This document shows, piece after piece, positions 56,702 to 64,000 of a DNA stretch of 64,000 nt. Each line of letters opens with the position of its first letter. Position 1 is the stretch's first letter. The stretch spans positions 1 through 64,000 of the forward strand of contig NZ_JAAGVY010000014.1 of the NCBI RefSeq assembly GCF_010686655.1, read 5' to 3'. Source of the DNA: Cryomorpha ignava. GTDB taxonomy: Bacteria; Bacteroidota; Bacteroidia; Flavobacteriales_D; Cryomorphaceae. A program made the translations under genes and the position numbers. The notes beneath the pieces were generated by a model, which did not search any database, was not told where the DNA came from, and worked only from the letters and a program-made list of their open reading frames with translations.

Positions 56702-56928
56702 TTAGTGTCTGTCCATAAAGTCCGCTATCTGCGTTGCACTTCATTTGCAAACAGTCTTTTCGACTCATCTCGACTCATCTCGACTCCGCTCTATGACCAC
56801 CGCTCGATAACCACCGCTCAAGGCATCGCACTGACAAATGTCAACTCCTTGATTTCTAATTCTACGTGCGCCTTTCTATCAAACATTCTGACCGAGACAC
56901 TAGAGTGTATTGACAGACACTAATTTAG
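56702..56928. mobile_element. MITE-like element, copy 2 (perfect terminal inverted repeats ttagtgtctgtc / gacagacactaa)
   Basis: A 12-bp perfect terminal inverted repeat. It aligns with 6028-6178 across both arms. It carries an extra internal block with 3 x tcgactcatc tandem units and a ttgacaaatgtcaa hairpin. Confidence 0.65.
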
Positions 56929-57003
56929 AGATTACGAAGCAATACAATATATATCGTTTGTATATATAAGTACTATTTTATATCTTCGCGAAATAAATAA
57001 TAT

Positions 57004-57141
57004 AGGGTTACCCCTTTAGATCGCGAAGCGTCTAAACCATTAATTATTAACGGAATACAAACCAAAGCCCTGAAAGGGCGACATAAATCTACGCGAGGTG
57101 CGATGAAAACTACATGTTTCGCGATCTAAGTGGGTAACCCT
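57004..57141. mobile_element. Second MITE/REP-like element: 24-bp imperfect terminal inverted repeats (agggttacccctttagatcgcgaa / ttcgcgatctaagtgggtaaccct) enclosing the IS200-end-like motif
   Basis: The terminal repeats match at 22 of 24 positions. The interior contains aaagccctgaaagggcgacataaatctacgcgag, which matches 226-256 and, inverted, 931-951. It is flanked by ataatat on both sides, which could be a target duplication. Confidence 0.6.
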
Positions 57142-57158
57142 AAAATAATATTTCATTT

Positions 57159-57386
57159 ATGGCATCGAAACAAATGGCATTCCGGTTTGACGAGGAATTA
57201 ATTAGACAAGTTAAGATCAAGGCGGAAGCAGAGCATAGAAGCTTGAACAATTATATAGAAGTATTGATGCTTAGAGATATTGGTAAGATTCCCAACGCAG
57301 AGACCAAAAAAGCAATTGACGAGGTAATGTCCGGAAAAGAACTGGAAGAGATAGATGACATTGACGAATTTATGGATTCTTTGTAA
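57159..57386 (+). CDS. dinJ: DinJ/RelB-family RHH antitoxin
   Basis: A 75-aa ribbon-helix-helix protein (AFRFDEELIRQVKIKAEAEHRSLNNYIEVLM). It lies 9 bp upstream of a YafQ-type toxin. Confidence 0.7.
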   Translation: MASKQMAFRFDEELIRQVKIKAEAEHRSLNNYIEVLMLRDIGKIPNAETKKAIDEVMSGKELEEIDDIDEFMDSL

Positions 57387-57395
57387 TGGTAGCTG

Positions 57396-57674
57396 ATGTA
57401 CAAACTTGTTATTTCAACAAAATTCAAAAAAGACCTTAAAAAGATTAAGAAAGATCCTCTTAATCACGCTTTAACGAGAGCCATTTTAAAAATCTTAAAA
57501 GAAAAAGGTGCTGTTGGCATTCCAGTGAATATGAAGCCACACCGACTGTCAGGAGGATACAAAAACAGCTGGGAATGCCATATCCGGCCAGATTTACTAA
57601 TTATTTGGTTTCAGATAGAAGACCCGCAAACTATTAAGCTCATTCGTATTGGATCACATTCGGATCTGTTTTAA
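57396..57674 (+). CDS. yafQ: YafQ-family type II toxin (RelE/ParE superfamily mRNA interferase)
   Basis: KFKKDLKKIKK...HRLSGGYKNSWECHIRPDLLIIWFQIEDPQTIKLIRIGSHSDLF. The C-terminal GSHSDLF and CHIxPD(W/L)LLI motifs are YafQ hallmarks. Confidence 0.8.
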   Translation: MYKLVISTKFKKDLKKIKKDPLNHALTRAILKILKEKGAVGIPVNMKPHRLSGGYKNSWECHIRPDLLIIWFQIEDPQTIKLIRIGSHSDLF

Positions 57675-57781
57675 AACATTGATTTTACTTTTTTCTCTTG
57701 GCCTGATCCAAAAAGTTTTGTTGATTTTCTGTACCCTGTATGATCTTCTGCTGAAATCTTCGCCACAATTTATATATGAGC

Positions 57782-57868
57782 GGTTTCGTAATTAACTTAT
57801 TCGTAATTACTTGCTTCGCTTCGTGAGCGCTACGCTAAGTTCGTAATTAACTCATTCGTAATTAACCC
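57782..57868. repeat. Cluster of 4-5 direct copies of ttcgtaattaac (one variant ttcgtaattac) in the intergenic region between yafQ and the helicase gene
   Basis: Read directly at 57785-57796, 57800-57810, 57840-57851 and 57855-57866. Confidence 0.6.
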
Positions 57869-57873
57869 GCAAC

Positions 57874-60141
57874 CTACTCATTTGCTTGCAAAAGCACCTG
57901 CACCATACGCAACTTGCCATAAGAGTATTTACCCTTAAAACTTGCAAAAACATCGCTCATTGACTTTTCTTCAGTTGATTGATAAGCCTTTGTGATTTCG
58001 TCGATTTCGTCGGGTTTTAAAAATTTCAGAACGTCAACCTTTCCGGCAGCAATGCCTTTGGCTACATGGCCTTCTATGGTAGATTCGGCCATAGAGCGCT
58101 TAGCAGCAATTTGCTCTACAGAAAGTCCGTCTTTTATCAATTGATAAGTCTCTTCATACGTAGCGCCTACCTGCGCTTTTCCCTTGGTTGTGCCGGTTTT
58201 TCGCTTTTTACCTGTTTTTGTCGTTCCCTTTCGGGGATTTTGGCGTATGTGGTTTTCTATTTTTGATAAGAATGATTCGCGTTTGGCGTGGCGTGTACGA
58301 CGCTCTTCATCACCATTTTCAATTTCTTTGCCACTCAATACACTTTTGGTGAGTCGCTGTGCCTTTTGCAAATCTGATATTTTACGCATTATAAGCTGGT
58401 CTACTTCGGCAACTGCATTTACGTAAGTCTTTGAACGCGCAAAACTAGCTGCCTCTTCTTTGTGCAGAAGTATTTGATAAAGCATATCATACAGGAAATT
58501 CAAATAATAAGCACTCCCTTTTTCCACACGCACTTTCAAATCCTCATACCCTTCGGAGTGAAGCAAGTTTGTAATTTGATTTCTGAATTTTCGGGCATTG
58601 TCAAATTCAGAATTAACATTTTGACGCACGTTTGGCAAAGCATTCTGCAAATCTGCGTCTTCAAATTCCATTTTCCCGGCCACTTTACGTTGCACATAGT
58701 CAATTTGATCGGCTATTGGCTCAAAATTAAAAGTGCTGTGCAGGGCATCATGCAAATACACAGCCTGACCAGTTCTTAGCAGTTGTTTTAAATCGCCTTG
58801 TTCTTGTCGCGATTTTTGAAATTCAATTACCTTTTCGTCGCTCGAAATGGCAGAAGTGTTAATTTTGGTGCGCAAAATCAATCCATCAAGCGAGCGCAAT
58901 CGCGAAAGCGCAACATATACCTGACCCGGTGCAAATGCCTGACCTACATCTATTACCGCTTTATCGAAAGTAAGCCCCTGACTTTTGTGAACCGTAATTG
59001 CCCAGGCGAGTTTAATAGGGTAGTGGCTAAAAGTTCCGGCCACTTCTTCAGTAATTTCCTTGTTGTCATCAACGCCGTATTTTACATTGTCCCATTGCAT
59101 TTTATCAACCGACAGCTCACGGTCTTCACCTGACATGGCAACCTCTATATGATCGCTACTTATATCAATCACCTTGGCGAGTTTGCCATTAAAAAACCGA
59201 CCTTCCGGATCATTTTTAATAAACATTATCTGGGCACCTTTTTTCAAAACCAACGTTTCCGGTAGGGGAAATAATTGTTCTGGAAAATCGCTTTTAACTT
59301 CGGCTTTAAACTTGAATTCTTTTTCGGGAAGTTCTTCAAGAGCCTTTTGGTTAATGCTGTTTGCCTGATAGTTATGCGTGGTAAGCGTTACTACTCCCTC
59401 AAGCTTGTCAATGGTTGGTTTATAATGCGAATTGAGGGTGGCGATATCCTGGGCAGTACATTCATTATTACGCAGATTATTGAGAATATCGATAAAAGAA
59501 TTATCTGTTTGGCGAAAAACTTTATCGAGCTCCACAAATACGTAGCCCTCTTTACGCAACGCCTGCGATGAGAAGAAATGCGGGGTGGGGTAGTGGTGGC
59601 GCAAAACATTCCACTCATGGTCTTTAACTATTGGTGGCAGCTGAAACAAATCGCCAATTAATAGAAGTTGTACACCACCAAAAGCCTGTCTGTGATTTCG
59701 CCTGGCTGTGCGCATGCGGTGGTCTATAGCATCGAGCAAATCTGCCCGAAGCATGCTCACTTCATCAATTATCAGCAAGTCGATATCGCGCAGCACCTGC
59801 TTGCGAACACTATTGAGTGGATGTCTTCTTACCAGTTCTTTGGCGTTGTAAAACCGCGCATTTGAATTAGGTTCGTAGGGGGCGTGTTCATCGGGATTGA
59901 AAGAGCCAAAAGGCAATAAGAACTGCGAATGAATTGTCACACCACCGGCATTCAGCGCTGCAATTCCGGTAGGGGCTACAATTAAATGTTTTTTATGTGT
60001 AGCGACTGCCAAGTTGTGCAAAAAGGTGGTTTTTCCGGTGCCTGCTTTTCCCGTAAGGAAGATATGACGCGAAGTGGAGTTAACGAAATTGGCAGCAATT
60101 TCGATTAAATCAGTGGATTGAATAGGTGTTTTAGACTCCAT
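57874..60141 (-). CDS. Pif1/RecD-like SF1B DNA helicase with C-terminal sigma-70-region-4-like HTH domain
   Basis: Walker A FLTGKAGTGKTTFL, Walker B LLIIDEVSML, and the Pif1-family motif LVGDLFQLPP-like (LIGDLFQLPPI). The C-terminal ...GLSVEQIAAKRSMAESTIEGHVAK is an HTH, as in Bacteroidota Pif1 homologues. Confidence 0.8.
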   Translation of the reverse strand: MESKTPIQSTDLIEIAANFVNSTSRHIFLTGKAGTGKTTFLHNLAVATHKKHLIVAPTGIAALNAGGVTIHSQFLLPFGSFNPDEHAPYEPNSNARFYNAKELVRRHPLNSVRKQVLRDIDLLIIDEVSMLRADLLDAIDHRMRTARRNHRQAFGGVQLLLIGDLFQLPPIVKDHEWNVLRHHYPTPHFFSSQALRKEGYVFVELDKVFRQTDNSFIDILNNLRNNECTAQDIATLNSHYKPTIDKLEGVVTLTTHNYQANSINQKALEELPEKEFKFKAEVKSDFPEQLFPLPETLVLKKGAQIMFIKNDPEGRFFNGKLAKVIDISSDHIEVAMSGEDRELSVDKMQWDNVKYGVDDNKEITEEVAGTFSHYPIKLAWAITVHKSQGLTFDKAVIDVGQAFAPGQVYVALSRLRSLDGLILRTKINTSAISSDEKVIEFQKSRQEQGDLKQLLRTGQAVYLHDALHSTFNFEPIADQIDYVQRKVAGKMEFEDADLQNALPNVRQNVNSEFDNARKFRNQITNLLHSEGYEDLKVRVEKGSAYYLNFLYDMLYQILLHKEEAASFARSKTYVNAVAEVDQLIMRKISDLQKAQRLTKSVLSGKEIENGDEERRTRHAKRESFLSKIENHIRQNPRKGTTKTGKKRKTGTTKGKAQVGATYEETYQLIKDGLSVEQIAAKRSMAESTIEGHVAKGIAAGKVDVLKFLKPDEIDEITKAYQSTEEKSMSDVFASFKGKYSYGKLRMVQVLLQANE

Positions 60142-60448
60142 AACCGTCCGAAGTTAGTAAATATTGAAAATCTATAAAATGAAATCAGTGAAATTTAAAT
60201 TCGCCCTTTCAATTTTTAAGACCGAATTCACTTAATTTTTAGGTCGAAAGTTAAGTTACGACTGCCCTAAGTGATTCAAATCAATAACATTTTGTAGGCG
60301 TAGTTTTTAAATAAACTGATAAAATTTAGACGCTAATACTGAATCTGCTTGCAAAACAATTGCAAACCCTTATTTTTGCGCTGTACAATTATTTCGGGCT
60401 TTGGCATTTTATTTGTACTTAGACATCCGAAATATAAAAACCTACTTA

Positions 60449-61585
60449 ATGAAACGTATCTTATTTTTCTTATTTCTTATTGCCACTACTGGCGTTATGG
60501 CTCAAAGTTCAAAAGTCGTATCTGCCTACAATGCCAGAAAAGATGGCGATTACAAAAAGGCTTTAGAATACATTGACGAAGCCGCTAAAAATGAAAAAAC
60601 GATGGCTGATCCCAAAACATGGGTTTACCGTGGGCAAATTTATCAGCAGATAATATTGAGTGAGGAAGATTTCGGTGTGGATAAAGTAACCGCTATAAAG
60701 GAAGGACTTGCCTCATTTAATAAAGCCAAAGAATTTGACAGCAAGGATAAATGGGCAGAGGATATCGATTCAGGAGTTTTGGTAATGAAAACTTTCGCCA
60801 GCAATCTCGGGATACAGGCTTACAATGAAAAGCAATTTGAAAGTGCACGCGACTATTTCCTTATCGGAGAGCAAGCTGCTGCTGAAGCTGGAGAATTTGA
60901 CACACTTGCGGTTTATAATGCTGGTCTTGCAGCAGAGCAGGCCGGCGATATGGAAACTGCCATTGAGCAATATAAGAAGGCTGCCGGTGCTCAATATCTG
61001 GGTGCTAATATGTATATCTACATGGCAAATCTTTACGAAAAAGAAAAAATGCCGGAGAAATATCTGGAAATTGTAAAAGAAGGGAGAAAGGCATATCCGG
61101 ATAATTCAGACTTGATCGTGTACGAGCTTAACTATTACTTGAGGAACAATAAGTACGAAGAAGCTGAAAACAACCTCAAACTAGCGATTGAAAAAGAGCC
61201 TGACAATAAGCAATTGCAATTCTCATTGGGTGTTGTTTACGATAACTTAGGCCGTAGAGATGACGCCAAAGTGGCTTACGAAAAAGCGATAGCCATTGAC
61301 CCTGAATACTTCGACGCTATTTTTAACCTCGGTGCAATGTACTTTAACCAGGGAGTAGAGATGAATAACGGTGCAAATGAGATTACCGACAATAAAAAAT
61401 ACAACGCCGCCAGGGCAGAAGCTAAGAAAGTGTTTGAAAAAGCGAGACCATATCTTGAAAAAGCGCATGCGTTAGAGCCTGGCGATGTAAGCGCTATAGT
61501 ATCATTATCACAATTGTATGCACTAACCGGCGATAATGAAAAGTACAAAGAAATGAAAGCGAAGGAAGAAGCTTTAAAGGAATAA
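60449..61585 (+). CDS. Secreted TPR-repeat protein
   Basis: Signal peptide MKRILFFLFLIATTGVMAQ (start set at this Met, not at 60401). Multiple TPR units (AKVAYEKAIAIDPEYFDAIFNLGAMYFNQG...). Confidence 0.7.
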   Translation: MKRILFFLFLIATTGVMAQSSKVVSAYNARKDGDYKKALEYIDEAAKNEKTMADPKTWVYRGQIYQQIILSEEDFGVDKVTAIKEGLASFNKAKEFDSKDKWAEDIDSGVLVMKTFASNLGIQAYNEKQFESARDYFLIGEQAAAEAGEFDTLAVYNAGLAAEQAGDMETAIEQYKKAAGAQYLGANMYIYMANLYEKEKMPEKYLEIVKEGRKAYPDNSDLIVYELNYYLRNNKYEEAENNLKLAIEKEPDNKQLQFSLGVVYDNLGRRDDAKVAYEKAIAIDPEYFDAIFNLGAMYFNQGVEMNNGANEITDNKKYNAARAEAKKVFEKARPYLEKAHALEPGDVSAIVSLSQLYALTGDNEKYKEMKAKEEALKE

Positions 61586-61616
61586 TCATCTTGGGCATCA
61601 AAATATTATGTTAATT

Positions 61617-61650
61617 AAACCCGAAGAAAGCTCTTCGGGTTTATTTTTGG
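61617..61650 (+). terminator. Rho-independent terminator after the TPR gene
   Basis: aaacccgaag-aaagctc-ttcgggttt followed by atttttgg. Confidence 0.65.
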
Positions 61651-61684
61651 AATAACTCGAGTAAATCATTGAATAATTAAGATC

Positions 61685-62038
61685 TTGCATAGAATAATTT
61701 TAGTCGTTATAGTTTCTGTCTTTTGCTTTGGCTGTAGCCAAAAAAGCGAAGTGGAAAAGAACATAGAAGGTATAGACAAAGTAATAGAAGGCATAGAAGA
61801 TCGGAGCGCGGTAGAAAATCGCACTATCAGCCAGGAATCAGAGTCTCTAGAAATTCTACGTTCAAATTTCAGAAAAGCAAATTCAGATGGAATGCGCGAA
61901 AAAGTTCAGCGCGAGATTCGGCTTAAAGAAGCTGTCATAGAAAAATCGAAAAATAACCGTGAGAATCAGGATAAGATATTGGAAGAGCTACAGGTAAAAA
62001 AGGACAGCCTTGTGGAGATTCTGCATAAAGAGCAATAA
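61685..62038 (+). CDS. Small coiled-coil lipoprotein, hypothetical
   Basis: Lipobox VFCFGCSQK, then an E/K-rich helical sequence. Confidence 0.45.
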   Translation: MHRIILVVIVSVFCFGCSQKSEVEKNIEGIDKVIEGIEDRSAVENRTISQESESLEILRSNFRKANSDGMREKVQREIRLKEAVIEKSKNNRENQDKILEELQVKKDSLVEILHKEQ

Positions 62039-62646
62039 TTTGAGTAAAGTTGTGAATGTATATTTGCTCGATTCAGGTTTCATTAGAATCGCGTGGAAGG
62101 GATGATTGTGATTTAAATTTTAAATACGGCAAGGAAATGGAGGTGATGGGTTTGATTTGGATTGTGATAATTCGAATCTGATAGAGATCTAAGAAAGTAT
62201 TGTTTGAATTGATTAGTGGGGGTTCTTTTATTTTCTGGTTAACATAATGTAAATTATCGGACTTTTAAATTGTACTTGGATTAGAGAGGGTTCATTAGTT
62301 CTATAAGCTTTTGTTAAACTCTTCTAATTCATCAACTTTAGAGAAGATTAGTTCCATATCCAAACTATTAAGAAATCCTTCGACTATGAATCGTGAATGT
62401 TAAATCTATTTCAATTGTTAATCAATAAATAATCTCAGATACATTATCATGGAAAGATACGCAAGTCTATAAGTCTTTTGAAATTCTTGTAATATTTTTT
62501 TAAAGGCTATAATTACGAAACATTACCGATATCGATTACCACTTTTTGTACGCATAAAATTCACCAAAATATAAGGATTAGTTCCTTATCAAAATATCCA
62601 AATTTAGCTCCCTTGTGAATGTGAAGGAAGCACAATTTTCGATTGC

Positions 62647-63450
62647 ATGGACTTAAATGCTAATATCGGCGACATTTGTGATGATAATAATGCAGAAACT
62701 GAAAACGATGTGATAACAGAAGATTGCCAATGTGTTGGAACACCTGTTCACGACTGCCCTGATTTGGAAGCAAACATTGGTGACCCTTGTGATGATGGAA
62801 ATGAAAATACTGTTAACGATGTAATTACTGATATTTGTAATTGTGAGGGAACTGCAAACTACGACTGTGAGGGCGTATTGAATGGAGATGCAGTTCCCGG
62901 TAGCATTTGCACCGTGGGTGGTGTTAATGGATTCTACAATGAGTCGTGTGAATGTGAGATCATTCCATTTGGAAGTATGACAATTCAGATAGAGTGGAAT
63001 ACGGAATGTGGTAGTAGAATTGTGACAGTGATAATTTCAAATCAGAATATTCCATCGCTAAGTCAGGTTGTTGAGACAACTATTGGTGCTAATGGTAATA
63101 TTGTATTACCGCAATTACCGACTGGGACATATGATATTAGTATAACTGTAGAAGGATATCTAACAAAATCTGTTCTGAATATGGAAGTTGTTGAGGGAAT
63201 GAATTATCTCGCCATCGGTGCTCTTGTTTCCGGTGACCAAAATGGAGATAACGTTCTCAATTTGGCTGACATTTCTGCTATGAATTCAACTTTTGGATCA
63301 AATTCGAATGGTTCAGCCTATAACTGTCTGGCAGATTTAAATTGCGATGGAAATATCAATATTATAGATATATCAATCATAAATATGAATTTCGGATTGA
63401 CTGGAGATGGTATAAATGTTCAAGGGTTTTCTATTGGTAATAGGTATTAA
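62647..63450 (+). CDS. Cys-rich protein with C-terminal dockerin-like calcium-binding repeats; no N-terminal signal peptide
   Basis: GDQNGDNVLNLADISAMN and DLNCDGNINIIDISIINMNF fit the D-x-N-x-D-G-x-(I/V)-N dockerin repeat. The N-terminal half has repeated ...ANIGDxCDDxN..T.NDVIT..C.C.GT... units. The first ATG follows a stop only 13 codons upstream. Confidence 0.45.
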   Translation: MDLNANIGDICDDNNAETENDVITEDCQCVGTPVHDCPDLEANIGDPCDDGNENTVNDVITDICNCEGTANYDCEGVLNGDAVPGSICTVGGVNGFYNESCECEIIPFGSMTIQIEWNTECGSRIVTVIISNQNIPSLSQVVETTIGANGNIVLPQLPTGTYDISITVEGYLTKSVLNMEVVEGMNYLAIGALVSGDQNGDNVLNLADISAMNSTFGSNSNGSAYNCLADLNCDGNINIIDISIINMNFGLTGDGINVQGFSIGNRY

Positions 63451-64000
63451 AAACTGAAAAATAGCATCTTTTTAAATTACAGCAAGATTTGTATAAAATC
63501 TTGTTGTAATCTTTCTTACCACTGATCGGAATGCAGCCGAGGAAGATATCTTTATTTTTGTTGCAAATCCATACTCTCCTACTATAAGAAAGTTGGAACA
63601 AAATAAACTATTCAATAGGAATGAAGTAGCTAATAACAAATACTCGGATCAATAATTAAAGACTACCCTGCTTCCCACAAAATTTATTAGTTCGTTGCCA
63701 CCAGATAATTTAGGGACTTCGATAAGTCGAAATTTTACAGAATATTTTTGATGTAATTTTCTTTGCTTTATATTGAGCTGCTGTTTTTACTGTGATATTT
63801 TTTTGTTCTTTGCAGAAAGTACTCATTCAGCAACAATTCTCCTACCTATACTGTTACTCTATTTACGAAACGAAGAAAAAAAGTCAACATCAAAATTCCA
63901 TTTTCAACATATTGCCCCGTATTCCTGCTCGTTATCCTAGTTGCTACCTCCCCTATACCGGCAAATAGCCAATCCACAGAAACTTCTGAACCAAACACCC

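Noticed and set aside
57782-57868. Possible CRISPR-like or tRNA-derived repeats
   Set aside because: The 12-nt units are too short and irregularly spaced for CRISPR. No tRNA cloverleaf (GTTCGAATC-type T-arm with a matching acceptor stem) could be built here, or anywhere else in the window.
63820-64000. Possible 5' start of a secreted protein gene running off the window end (signal-peptide-like VFLLVILVATSPIPANSQ)
   Set aside because: No in-frame ATG/GTG/TTG start could be placed confidently, and only ~40 codons are visible.

Overview
This window looks like a low-GC Bacteroidota chromosome segment, probably Flavobacteriia or Cytophagia. Several large secreted proteins carry recognisable T9SS C-terminal sorting domains of both the 'gliding-motility' type B and the Por_Secre_tail type A.

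Layout, left to right:
- 1-960: a mobile-element patch. It holds the 3' end of an IS110-family transposase and a frameshifted IS200-like Y1/HuH (RAYT-like) transposase flanked by inverted hairpin motifs.
- 1.2-6.0 kb: an XRE-family regulator, then a PspA/IM30 - NfeD(YqiJ-like) - flotillin(YqiK-like) membrane-stress module.
- 6.3-11.2 kb: a giant 1630-aa protein (N-terminal region, long coiled-coil, C-terminal AAA_5/MoxR-like ATPase).
- 11.2-14.0 kb: a decayed insertion. It sits between the giant gene's stop and an internally deleted duplicate of the same gene's 3' end. It carries a multiply frameshifted KilA-N gene, an HTH-antitoxin/PIN-toxin pair whose PIN gene is frameshifted in a T-run, and two small orphan ORFs.
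- 14-16.3 kb: a GNAT acetyltransferase, two tandem TerB-like paralogs and a SixA-like phosphatase.
- 16.5-33 kb: clpB, a ~1410-aa beta-propeller T9SS cargo, a C40 peptidase, menB, a REC-PAS-HisKA sensor plus REC protein, proC, and a YdiJ-like FAD/Fe-S oxidoreductase.
- 33-64 kb: a RES-Xre toxin-antitoxin pair, two tandem T9SS cargo proteins (a five-module repeat protein and an M43 metalloprotease) and a T9SS-sorted cupredoxin. Then an aldehyde dehydrogenase, a DUF389 membrane protein, a GT4 glycosyltransferase, an overlapping DAG-kinase-like/APP1-like lipid phosphate pair and a VanX-like M15 dipeptidase. Then two tandem paralogous unknowns and a TolC/FtsX-permease/HlyD efflux operon preceded by two paralogous small signal-peptide/TM-tail proteins. 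Then a DinJ-YafQ toxin-antitoxin pair flanked by two different MITE-like elements, and a Pif1-like helicase.

No tRNA, rRNA or CRISPR array was seen. The MITE families, the insertion footprint at the end of the giant ATPase gene, and the giant ATPase itself next to the Psp/flotillin module are the most notable things here.
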